From the NCBI GenBank assembly GCA_027486005.1, contig JAIXPZ010000060.1:3088-67087 (forward strand): a stretch of DNA of 64,000 nt, given 5' to 3'. This stretch comes from Legionellales bacterium. GTDB lineage: Bacteria > Pseudomonadota > Gammaproteobacteria > JAGOUN01. The translations under genes and the position numbers were made by a program. Below the pieces are notes generated by a model. The model saw nothing but the letters and a program-made list of their open reading frames with translations, had not been told where the DNA came from and did no database searches. Of this stretch, positions 31,282-40,218 are shown piece by piece (the stretch's first letter is position 1; each line of letters starts with the position of its first letter).

Positions 31282-32202
31282 TTATTCTTTCAAACATTCG
31301 ATTTCTTCTTCTGTCAACTCCGTCGCTTCAACAATAGTAGTAACAGAAAAATTCAACGTTAGCATTTTTCTTGCGATTTCTATTTTTCCCTCGACTTTAC
31401 CTTCCGCTTTACCTCTCGCCTCACCTTCCGCCAAACCTTCCGCTTTTCCTTCCGCTTTTCCTTCCGCTTTTCCCGCTTCTAACCCTTTAGTATACTTTTC
31501 CGACATCAGTGTTTTTTCTCGCCTTACTTGATCCCAATAACTTTCATAAAAAGCGAGTTCTGCTTGTGTGTAAGCGGATTCTTCCGCCAATTCCACCGCT
31601 TCGGCAATTTCAGGCACTTCGAGTAATTCGTGAGAGACCGTCTTGGTTTTTTCATCAATTTCACGTAAAAACCGTAACCATAACAGTCTTAATGTCTTTT
31701 CTTCCGCAGAATGAACAGGAAATTTGGGTAACTCAATAAAAATTAATTGAAGATGATCAATAATATCGCCATCCTGACCGCCTTTCTTAACCAGTTGATA
31801 ATCATGGTACCAATCCGGACTCAGCCTATCGTAAATTTCTGCAACTAACCCTAATCCATACACCGGTTGCAGTAACACATAGTCTTTTCCTTTATCCAGT
31901 TGCTTTACAAAAGCTTGGCTTGCACCAAAAAGTAAGCGCTGTTTAAAACTGTCTGTCCAATTCATCTGCATTTCGACGACAAAAGCCCTTCCCTTCGCAT
32001 CTTTGCACTTCGCATCAGCAATCGTACGATTGAATTCAGGAATTGCCGGCACTTGTTCGCTGGGCAAATACGTGAGTTCTACAATCGGACTATCTACGGG
32101 CAAAGGCAAAACAGCATTTAAAAAACTCATCAGCAAATGCGGATGATCGCCAAAAATCTTTTTAAATACCACATCGGCTTTCGGATCTAAATAGCGTGAC
32201 AT
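31282..32202 (-). CDS. Rpn-family recombination-promoting nuclease (YhgA-like, PD-(D/E)xK 'transposase_31')
   Basis: The N-terminus DVVFKKIFGDHP matches the E. coli RpnA N-terminus DAVFKTFMFTPE. The C-terminal tail has the family-typical short tandem peptide repeats (EGKAEGKAEGKAEG) followed by LTEEEIECL. Confidence 0.85.
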   Translation of the reverse strand: MSRYLDPKADVVFKKIFGDHPHLLMSFLNAVLPLPVDSPIVELTYLPSEQVPAIPEFNRTIADAKCKDAKGRAFVVEMQMNWTDSFKQRLLFGASQAFVKQLDKGKDYVLLQPVYGLGLVAEIYDRLSPDWYHDYQLVKKGGQDGDIIDHLQLIFIELPKFPVHSAEEKTLRLLWLRFLREIDEKTKTVSHELLEVPEIAEAVELAEESAYTQAELAFYESYWDQVRREKTLMSEKYTKGLEAGKAEGKAEGKAEGLAEGEARGKAEGKVEGKIEIARKMLTLNFSVTTIVEATELTEEEIECLKE

Positions 32203-32318
32203 AATCCTGGACCTCTTAATAATACACTAAACATTGTTTTTTATTATACAATACCACCTCACTCAAGCCTACTTCGTTTGCAGTTTGGGATATTATTAAT
32301 TTTCTGTTGAAGTACAGG

Positions 32319-34211
32319 CTATAATTCCGATAAATTACCTTTTTCTTCTAGCCAAGATTTTCTATCTCCAGCGCGTTTTTTAGCAAGTAACATATCCATA
32401 CGAGATTCTGTCAATATCGGATCATCCATGCTTAACCGCACTAAGCGCCGAGTATCGACCGCCATGGTGGTTTCACGTAATTGCAATGGATTCATTTCCC
32501 CTAATCCTTTGAAGCGTAACACATTTGGTTTGCCTTTTTTCTTTTCCGCTTCTAAGCGATCTAATATTCCTTGTTTCTCGGCCTCATCTAAGGCGTAATA
32601 CACTTCTTTGCCCATATCAATCCGATAAAGTGGTGGCATCGCAACAAACACATGACCGGCTAAAACTAACGCTCGAAAGTGTTTAACGAATAATGCACAA
32701 AGCAAAGCAGCGATATGCGCGCCGTCAGAATCTGCATCGGCAAGAATGCAGATTTTTCCATAACGCAATCCAGTGAGATCGGTTGAGTTTGGATCTACGC
32801 CAATAGCCACAGCGATATCGTGCACTTCTTGTGATGCTAATACTTGCGCCGAATCAACTTCCCAGGTATTTAAAATCTTTCCACGCAATGGCATCACTGC
32901 TTGAAATTCTTTTTCACGCGCTTGTTTTGCAGAACCACCTGCGGAATCTCCTTCCACCAAAAACAATTCTGTTTGCCTTGGATCTTGCGCAGAACAATCG
33001 GCCAACTTTCCAGGCAATGCGGGTCCTTGCGTGACTTTTTTACGCAATACTTTCATTGCGCTTTTTAAACGACGTTGCGCATTATTAATCGCTAATTCTG
33101 CAATTTTTTCACCCAAGGCGACATGCTGATTGAGCCATAAACTAAAAGAATCTTTAACCACGCCCGACACAAAACTCGCACATTCACGCGAAGATAAACG
33201 CTCTTTGGTTTGCCCTGCAAATTGTGGATCATGCAGTTTTACTGACAAAATATAACAACAGTTTTCCCACAAATCTTCTGCGGTTAATTTAACACCACGT
33301 GGCAACAAATTTCTAAATTCACAAAAATCGCGCAAAGCTTCTAATGATCCAGTACGCAAACCATTTACATGCGTTCCCCCTTGTGCGGTAGGAATCAAGT
33401 TGACATAACTTTCAGTTAACAATTCACCGCCTTCTGGCAACCATACAATGGCCCAATCCGCCATTTCTTTTCCGCCCTCGGCGTGACCTAAAATAGGCTC
33501 TACTGGCAAAAGCTCTAAACCATTCAGCGCATCTAATAAATAACCGGCCAAGCCCATTTCAAAATGCCATTCGACTTTTTCATTATGAATTTTGTCATCT
33601 AAAATGACTTTAAGCCCTGGGCATAATACAGCCTTGGCACGTAAAATATGTTTTAGCCTGCTGATAGAAAAGTTTGCAGAGTCGAAATATTTGGGCTCGG
33701 GCAAAAATCTGACACTCGTGCCAGTGTCACGCTTATTCACTTCTCCGATAACTTTTAATTCGGATTTTTTTGCGCCATGCTCAAAGCGCATGTGATAAAT
33801 TTTTCCATGCTGACGAATAGTCACTTCCAGCCATTGCGATAAGGCATTCACTACGGAAATGCCCACGCCGTGTAAACCGCCAGAAAATTTATAACTATCG
33901 TTGGAAAATTTTGCGCCCGCATGTAATCGCGTTAAAATTAATTCCACGCCCGTGACTTTTTCTTCTAAATGCACATCTGTTGGCATGCCACGACCATCAT
34001 CAGTGACCTCGACAGACCCGTCTTGATGAATAATCACCTCAATTTTCGTCGCGTGCCCTGCCAATGCTTCATCGACACTATTATCAATGGCTTCGCACGC
34101 CAAATGATTGGGGCGTGTGGTATCGGTGTACATCCCGGGACGTTTTTGTACCGGCTCTAATCCACTTAAAACCTCAATGGATTGAGCATTATAATTTTTT
34201 TCTGCCATCAC
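32319..34211 (-). CDS. parE: DNA topoisomerase IV subunit B
   Basis: 630 aa, collinear with E. coli ParE (IEVLSGLEPVQKRPGMYTDTTRPNHL...). Confidence 0.95.
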   Translation of the reverse strand: MMAEKNYNAQSIEVLSGLEPVQKRPGMYTDTTRPNHLACEAIDNSVDEALAGHATKIEVIIHQDGSVEVTDDGRGMPTDVHLEEKVTGVELILTRLHAGAKFSNDSYKFSGGLHGVGISVVNALSQWLEVTIRQHGKIYHMRFEHGAKKSELKVIGEVNKRDTGTSVRFLPEPKYFDSANFSISRLKHILRAKAVLCPGLKVILDDKIHNEKVEWHFEMGLAGYLLDALNGLELLPVEPILGHAEGGKEMADWAIVWLPEGGELLTESYVNLIPTAQGGTHVNGLRTGSLEALRDFCEFRNLLPRGVKLTAEDLWENCCYILSVKLHDPQFAGQTKERLSSRECASFVSGVVKDSFSLWLNQHVALGEKIAELAINNAQRRLKSAMKVLRKKVTQGPALPGKLADCSAQDPRQTELFLVEGDSAGGSAKQAREKEFQAVMPLRGKILNTWEVDSAQVLASQEVHDIAVAIGVDPNSTDLTGLRYGKICILADADSDGAHIAALLCALFVKHFRALVLAGHVFVAMPPLYRIDMGKEVYYALDEAEKQGILDRLEAEKKKGKPNVLRFKGLGEMNPLQLRETTMAVDTRRLVRLSMDDPILTESRMDMLLAKKRAGDRKSWLEEKGNLSEL

Positions 34212-34330
34212 ACATCCTCATTTATATTTTTTCATTAGCCAATGATTTTTCCTGATGACGTAAAAAGCTCAAATATGCGCATAAAATGACCGGAATTCTG
34301 TAAAGAAAATACGGTAAAATTTACAACATA

Positions 34331-34966
34331 TCAAGAAAATTTGCTGATAAACTGCAAAATATCTGGGATAACCTCTACAAAATCTGTAAATTGATGCCCG
34401 CCCCCGGCACGAACTATATGCCGTGAATCCGGGAATGCTTTTAATGCAATGCGATGATCAATCACATCATCATCGGTTTGTAATAATAATAAAAAGCGTT
34501 CTGGATTTTTATTTTCTGAACAGCCAAACGCTTTTAAGCTAGAAACAAAATGCTCTGTCACTTCAAATTTTTCGCCAGTGGCCGCATTTTCATAGTGACC
34601 ATAATAGCCATGCATCGATTCCCAAGGACTGATCGCTGGATTAATTAATACTGCTTTAGAAGTTGGATAACGATTCGCAAAATAAATCGCAAAAAATCCT
34701 CCCAATGAACTTCCTACAAAACAAAAATCATAGACGTCTGCTTGCTGATTAAGATACGCTTGTAATTCGCTTATCGCTTTTTGAGGATGATGAATTAAGG
34801 TTGGAGAATAATATGCCAGCTCTGGCGCATGCGCATCTACTGCTGCTCGCAAAAGTTGAGATTTCTGCGCATTACCAGAACTATTGAAACCATGAAGATA
34901 AACAACACACAACTTTTTTTCATCCGAGCGAGCGCCACTCGCCCCTACAACATCATTTTTTATCAT
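34331..34966 (-). CDS. yqiA: YqiA-like alpha/beta-hydrolase esterase
   Basis: 211 aa with a GSSLGG nucleophile elbow. It lies directly downstream of parE, as in E. coli. Confidence 0.7.
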   Translation of the reverse strand: MIKNDVVGASGARSDEKKLCVVYLHGFNSSGNAQKSQLLRAAVDAHAPELAYYSPTLIHHPQKAISELQAYLNQQADVYDFCFVGSSLGGFFAIYFANRYPTSKAVLINPAISPWESMHGYYGHYENAATGEKFEVTEHFVSSLKAFGCSENKNPERFLLLLQTDDDVIDHRIALKAFPDSRHIVRAGGGHQFTDFVEVIPDILQFISKFS

Positions 34967-35204
34967 GCAATTTTTCTTCTAACTGCTGCAATAATTCTGT
35001 CAATTGTTGAATATGTTCTTGCGCACGCGCTAGAATTTTTTTCTGCACCTCAAAGTCTTCGCGCGTCACTAAATCCATACGCTCAAAGATCGATTGCAAA
35101 ACAACGCGCATATTTTTACACGTGTCGTCTTTAAGACCTTGCCACTCTTGGGGTAACACCGCGGCTATTTTTGCGAGTATGTCTTCAACAAAAGCAGATT
35201 CCAT
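34953..35204 (-). CDS. ubiK: UbiK/YqiC family coiled-coil accessory protein
   Basis: 83 aa coiled-coil protein (LTREDFEVQKKILARAQEHIQQLTELLQQLEEKL) typical of BMFP/UbiK. Confidence 0.6.
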   Translation of the reverse strand: MESAFVEDILAKIAAVLPQEWQGLKDDTCKNMRVVLQSIFERMDLVTREDFEVQKKILARAQEHIQQLTELLQQLEEKLHDKK

Positions 35205-36049
35205 TATAAGCCTTCCATCATCGTTGGCATTGCTCTAGATGCTTTATGAATATGTTCATTGTAATATTTTGTTTTAAATCGTCGCGCCACGGCTTCTGCT
35301 TCACGAAACGCAGAGATATCGCCATTTTTAATCGCCATCGTTGCTGTCCACCAACCAGACGGATAAGTCGGCTGAGGAAATTGCAAAGTAATCACTTCAC
35401 TAAAGCCAGCTTTTTTCATGTTTCTGTGCATGGGTTTAATAATCGCATCTAAATGAAATAAAGGAGATTCGCTTTGATGAACCACCAGGCCATGATCACG
35501 CAACATATGAAAACAATCGGCGTAAAATTTATCGGTAAATAAACTTTCGCCTGGCCCAAAAGGATCAGTAGAATCAACAATCACGATATCAGAAGATCGT
35601 GCAGGAGCATCTTTAACCCACTTGACACCATCACCAAAATAAAAATTCGCTCTCGGATCATTATTGGCTTCGCAAAGCTCTGGAAAATATTTTTCTGCTA
35701 ATCGCGTAACGCGCTCATCAATATCAATTTGCCAAACAGAGTCTAAATCTTTGTGCTTCAACACTTCTTTGAGCGTTCCACAATCACCTCCGCCAATAAT
35801 CACCACTTCTTTAGGATGTGGATGGGTGAAAATCGCTGGATGAGACATCATTTCGTGATAAAGGAAATTGTCACGACTGGTCAACATAACAAAACCATCA
35901 ATGCTCATCATATAACCATAATGTTCAGTGTCGAAAATTTCTATTTTCTGATAAGGCGTTTGTTCTTCATGCAATTTCGCTTTGATCTTTAGACCAAAGG
36001 CACTTCCCTGACCGGGATGTTCTTCTAAAAAATATTGGCGGGTATCCAT
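35204..36049 (-). CDS. speE: Spermidine synthase
   Basis: 281 aa with VVIIGGGDCGTLKEVLKH and a DSTDPFGPGESLF substrate-binding region. Confidence 0.85.
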   Translation of the reverse strand: MDTRQYFLEEHPGQGSAFGLKIKAKLHEEQTPYQKIEIFDTEHYGYMMSIDGFVMLTSRDNFLYHEMMSHPAIFTHPHPKEVVIIGGGDCGTLKEVLKHKDLDSVWQIDIDERVTRLAEKYFPELCEANNDPRANFYFGDGVKWVKDAPARSSDIVIVDSTDPFGPGESLFTDKFYADCFHMLRDHGLVVHQSESPLFHLDAIIKPMHRNMKKAGFSEVITLQFPQPTYPSGWWTATMAIKNGDISAFREAEAVARRFKTKYYNEHIHKASRAMPTMMEGL

Positions 36050-36161
36050 GGTACTACAACTCCTGAAACTGCGCTAAAAATGGACTGTCAATTAACGCCA
36101 TCATTGTAGCGCAGTCTAATCCAGGAACAAACTATTTTCGAGCCATCCATTCTCACGCCAT

Positions 36162-38753
36162 CTATTTCTTCTTTGTCGGCCAAATACTGATCAACATTAC
36201 AATAAATGTCGCTAGGTAAGGCACCATCTGCACCACTAAAATGGTGATCCAACGTTGACCAACTGGATTATTAAAATGCTCCGTAAAACTCATTGCAGCC
36301 ACCGCCACTATCAACGCCAGTAAAATTACAAGTTCTTGGCGAATACTCATTAAACCTGCAAATAGCGCCCCTCGTTTTTCATTTTTTGGGGTGCGCAAAA
36401 AAGGTAAATTATTGGTGAATAACCCTCTGAGCGTTCCCCTAGCGATAGTATGCGTGAGTGATAAACCTGCCAAAAATGCACCAAAGGTTTGCCCAATAGT
36501 GCACGGCACACGCGCACGATAAAGCCACAGGCTTCGTAAAATCTTAAAGCTGAATATTCCAATAGTTGGCAACAAAAATGCGCCGGCAGGCACTTCATAG
36601 TGAATAGGATCGTACAACAGAAGCGCGGTGAGAGATAAACTCATTAGGGTAAATATCAACGCTAATGCATCTGAAAACCACGGCAACCAACCCGCTAAAA
36701 AATAATAACGCTGCGCTGCTGTTAAAGGCGATTTTCTGAAGGGTAAAAAATTACGCCAATGTTTTTTAAGAATCTGCATTGCGCCATAGACCCAACGAAA
36801 TCTTTGTCCTCGATAAGCAGAGAACGTATCTGGCATTAAGCCTTGCCCCAAGGATTTATTGGCATAAACAGAATCATAACCGGCTTCATACAAACTCAAT
36901 CCCAATTCGCTATCTTCAGTAATACACCATTGTGCCCAACCACCCATTTGTATTAATGCAGTCTTGCGAATCAAGGTCATTGTACCATGTTGAATAATGG
37001 CGTTATATTCATTGCGCTGTACCATACCAATATTAAAAAATCCCGCATATTCCCAATAGCAACAGGCTTTAAATCCATTTTCTTTGCTATCGCGATAATC
37101 TTGCGGCGATTGCACAAACGCGACTTTTTCATTATCGAAATATGGCACCATTGACCTCAACCAATCCGGTGACACTTTATAATCACTATCAATCACTGCA
37201 ATAATTTCTACATCGTTTGACGTTTGTTCTAACGCGTAATTCACCGCACCCGCTTTAAAACCTGGCCAATTGTCCAAATGGAAAAAGCGGAAATTCAATC
37301 CTAATCGGGCACAATCTTCTCGCACCGGCTCCCATATTGCTGGATCTTTGGTATTGTTATCAATGACCAACACTTCAAAATTAGGGTAATCCAAACGCGC
37401 GGCTGCTTCTAATGTTTCACGCACCATATCTGGCGGTTCATTATGAATCGGGATATGAATAGAGACTTTAGGATAGCGAAAATTCTCAGGCGGCGATAAT
37501 GGTTGGAACAATCGCACCGTTTTTCGATACCAAATAACGTCGACAATTTCTAAACTTTCCACCAATAAAATTAACACGGCGATAACTTGCATCAACAAAG
37601 TGAGGCCAACAAAAATCAATGATAATTTTGTTTGATAGCGATGGGCCATCACTGAAATAGACCATAATAGCGTTGAAGCGCCTAAATTAGTGACCAAACC
37701 TAAAAATAGTAGCCCAGGTAATTTGATACTACGTCTAGCAAATACAAAAATACCCATCATCACTGCGCTCAATACCGATGCCCATATGGCCCAATACTGC
37801 CATCCAGGAACCGTCAACACATTGCCATTCAAAGGATATTTTGCTTGTCGGTCAGAATCAAAAATACCCCAATACGCACCGACAGAGCCTTCCATAGATA
37901 TTTTCCAAGGCTGGTCAAAGGCTTCAAGAATATAATAATTCACTTGTTCTTTTTCCGCGCGTCGTATCATTTCACGTAAAAAGGTAGCTTGATTTGCACG
38001 TGACGGAATTGAGTGACCAAACGGTTGCCCATCCGATGGCCAGCCCACTTCAGTAATTACGATAGGTTTAGCAGGATATGCTTTTTGTAATTGCATATAC
38101 TGGTCAAAAACAAGATCAACCGCATCATCAACAGCAACACCTGACCAATACGGTGCGAGATGCACCGCAATATAATCGACCTCTGCCACAAGCTTTGGAT
38201 GCGACATCCAATTAAACCATGTTTCTGAGGTGCTCACCGGTCGCTGTTCATACTGTTTCACCTCACGAATATAGTCTATTAGCTGCTGCTCAGAGGTATC
38301 TTTTCGTAGCAGCACTTCATTCCCCACTAAAACACGTACAATATTCTGGGTATTGTTTTGCAAGGTTGCTCGTAGTAAGTCCATTTCTTGGCGATTTTGC
38401 TCTAAATTTTCTCCAATCAATGCCCCAAGCGCCACATTAAGATTATGTTTCGCGGCTAATTGGGGCACTTGGTTCAAACCTCGAGAAACGCTAAAAGTTC
38501 TAACTGAATGCACTTTATTCTCTAGCAAAGCTAAATCACTTTCGATATCAGCAGCACTTGGATATTTATCATTGGTTTGAGTGTCATTTTTACGCATAGG
38601 ATCAAAATCCACACCCATGGTTGTTTTCGTCCAAGGCTGTAATTGCAATGGATTATTGACATAACTCCAAATACTGAAGTTAAGAATAACCAATAAAACG
38701 ATGGCTATTAACGCGGTTAAGATTGCGACTTTTTTTTTCATTGAGGTTGCCAA
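36162..38753 (-). CDS. Bifunctional glycoside hydrolase family 17 / glycosyltransferase family 2 membrane protein (NdvB-like beta-1,3-glucan synthase)
   Basis: 863 aa. The N-terminal periplasmic GH17 domain has LVGNEVL and ITEVGWPS (catalytic Glu pair). The C-terminal GT2 has VIDSDY/DXD and the Q(R)xRW motif (RGQRFRW), flanked by TM helices. The true start is probably the ATG at 38741. Confidence 0.7.
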   Translation of the reverse strand: MATSMKKKVAILTALIAIVLLVILNFSIWSYVNNPLQLQPWTKTTMGVDFDPMRKNDTQTNDKYPSAADIESDLALLENKVHSVRTFSVSRGLNQVPQLAAKHNLNVALGALIGENLEQNRQEMDLLRATLQNNTQNIVRVLVGNEVLLRKDTSEQQLIDYIREVKQYEQRPVSTSETWFNWMSHPKLVAEVDYIAVHLAPYWSGVAVDDAVDLVFDQYMQLQKAYPAKPIVITEVGWPSDGQPFGHSIPSRANQATFLREMIRRAEKEQVNYYILEAFDQPWKISMEGSVGAYWGIFDSDRQAKYPLNGNVLTVPGWQYWAIWASVLSAVMMGIFVFARRSIKLPGLLFLGLVTNLGASTLLWSISVMAHRYQTKLSLIFVGLTLLMQVIAVLILLVESLEIVDVIWYRKTVRLFQPLSPPENFRYPKVSIHIPIHNEPPDMVRETLEAAARLDYPNFEVLVIDNNTKDPAIWEPVREDCARLGLNFRFFHLDNWPGFKAGAVNYALEQTSNDVEIIAVIDSDYKVSPDWLRSMVPYFDNEKVAFVQSPQDYRDSKENGFKACCYWEYAGFFNIGMVQRNEYNAIIQHGTMTLIRKTALIQMGGWAQWCITEDSELGLSLYEAGYDSVYANKSLGQGLMPDTFSAYRGQRFRWVYGAMQILKKHWRNFLPFRKSPLTAAQRYYFLAGWLPWFSDALALIFTLMSLSLTALLLYDPIHYEVPAGAFLLPTIGIFSFKILRSLWLYRARVPCTIGQTFGAFLAGLSLTHTIARGTLRGLFTNNLPFLRTPKNEKRGALFAGLMSIRQELVILLALIVAVAAMSFTEHFNNPVGQRWITILVVQMVPYLATFIVMLISIWPTKKK

Positions 38754-38818
38754 GTGTTCGTATAATGATATTGATAAGTATTCCCGAGTCTAAATGACCT
38801 AAGAAGGCATTACAACAC

Positions 38819-40144
38819 TTAGGAAGTCATGCGCATATTCAACCATTGCTCCAATTCTTTCACAGTCACTCCAAGCCCAGCAATACGAGGCGGCGCGAGC
38901 TCAGCAAGATCTTCCATCAAATCTTCTTTAAAATTTATTTGATCTTTTTCTGGAATATGTTCTTTCGTTTGTAGATCCGCATATGCCTTAAGATTATCTC
39001 CAATTAATTGTTGTAGAATAATCTCACGGATCACCTTTCTACGCTGAGTTCGATAACGTACGCGAATTTCATCAAATCCTATTACCTCAAGCGTCACAGC
39101 ATATTCTTCACTGGTTTTCTGATACGAAGAAGCAAATATATTTGCAAGCGGGCCCACTTCATTCAATTCATAAATGGCAATCATTGCAGAAATATAATCT
39201 TCTTTATTAATGTAATTAAAAGAAAGCGGCACTAAATTGTTTTTAATCAAAGGAATATTTGCGCTTAATCGAGCGGTTCGCTTATTCACATCAGCAAAAG
39301 CTTGCAAATACGCAACATGCACTAAAAGAAAAAAACTCTGCTCATAAGGATCCGTAATTTTATTGGCTGTCTCACAGATATAATATAACTCATCCACCAG
39401 AGGATCACGCCCTTCTAAGGTCATATATGTCGTTCCATAAACACGCACTGCATGATCTCGAACATTTCCAACTGAAGATGATGGTTGAAGCAAGCCGTCG
39501 GATAATAAGTAATGCAGTGTACAAATTTCATCATAATTAATTTGAAGTCTATGAGCGTTATCTACAAGATGTCGAATAGCCTCTTTATGATTAAGAATCA
39601 TAACTTTTTCTTCATCTAACTTATCTGTATTCGCCACACCTTCTATAATTAATTTCTCAGTTTCTAGCAACGAATAAGTATTACCCTCTAAGCGTGATGA
39701 GTTATACGATAAATCAATTAACAAACGGTTATAAATTCTTCTCGCATAAGTTCCAGCCGGATCTTTTGAGGTGCTCTGCTCCGCGTGCATGGCACGCAAA
39801 AGAGCCCATGTGCCTTGAGGCAAATAACGATCAATATTGGGTCGATAAGCGTGCACCCATTCTATATTATAAGCAACAGGTTGACGTTGATATAACGGCT
39901 TTTTGATTTGCTCCAAAATACTATGACTCTGAGCAGTAAAACTTGATGGTTTTATTGATAGATAAGTAGTATTACGTTTTTCCCCTATTTTTATTATCAT
40001 TCCCGCACGAACGAACTGCTCAAGCCATCGCCTAACCGTACGCTCAGGAAAATCAGGCCCTAATTGTTGCAATAACACTGATAAACCTACAGGTGATAAT
40101 TGGTTGTTAAGCACCCTGAAAAGAGCATTTTTTTTTGAATTCAT
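38819..40144 (-). CDS. Fic/Doc-fold protein with an N-terminal winged-helix and a degenerate catalytic motif
   Basis: Contains the Fic-family SRLEGNTYS motif. The core-motif position reads QAFADVNKRTAR instead of HPFx(D/E)GNGRxxR, so the catalytic His is replaced by Gln. The N-terminal ~70 aa look like a winged helix-turn-helix (wHTH). I chose the start at the ATG at 40144 because the ORF-track 5' extension is built from the direct repeats. Confidence 0.5.
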   Translation of the reverse strand: MNSKKNALFRVLNNQLSPVGLSVLLQQLGPDFPERTVRRWLEQFVRAGMIIKIGEKRNTTYLSIKPSSFTAQSHSILEQIKKPLYQRQPVAYNIEWVHAYRPNIDRYLPQGTWALLRAMHAEQSTSKDPAGTYARRIYNRLLIDLSYNSSRLEGNTYSLLETEKLIIEGVANTDKLDEEKVMILNHKEAIRHLVDNAHRLQINYDEICTLHYLLSDGLLQPSSSVGNVRDHAVRVYGTTYMTLEGRDPLVDELYYICETANKITDPYEQSFFLLVHVAYLQAFADVNKRTARLSANIPLIKNNLVPLSFNYINKEDYISAMIAIYELNEVGPLANIFASSYQKTSEEYAVTLEVIGFDEIRVRYRTQRRKVIREIILQQLIGDNLKAYADLQTKEHIPEKDQINFKEDLMEDLAELAPPRIAGLGVTVKELEQWLNMRMTS

Positions 40145-40146
40145 GG

Positions 40147-40218
40147 ATACGGCCAATTTCCAATAAAGATACGGCCATTTTACCCCTGATACGGCCAAAT
40201 TTTCAATAGATACGGCCA
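40147..40218. promoter_or_regulatory. Four direct repeats of GATACGGCCA at 21/20/21-bp spacing (iteron/operator-like) immediately 5' of the Fic-like gene
   Basis: Exact 10-mers at 40147, 40168, 40188 and 40209. The spacing is about two helical turns and is not a multiple of 3 throughout, which argues for a DNA-level repeat rather than a protein-level one. Confidence 0.6.

Noticed and set aside
38730-38738. A9/T9 homopolymer at codons 2-4 of the NdvB-like gene, and a similar T9 tract at 40128..40136 in the Fic-like gene, considered as slipped-strand phase-variation tracts
   Set aside because: Both simply encode Lys runs (MKKK, SKKK) at N-termini. In a ~40% GC genome, 9-nt A/T runs are frequent by chance, and there is no supporting evidence for phase variation.
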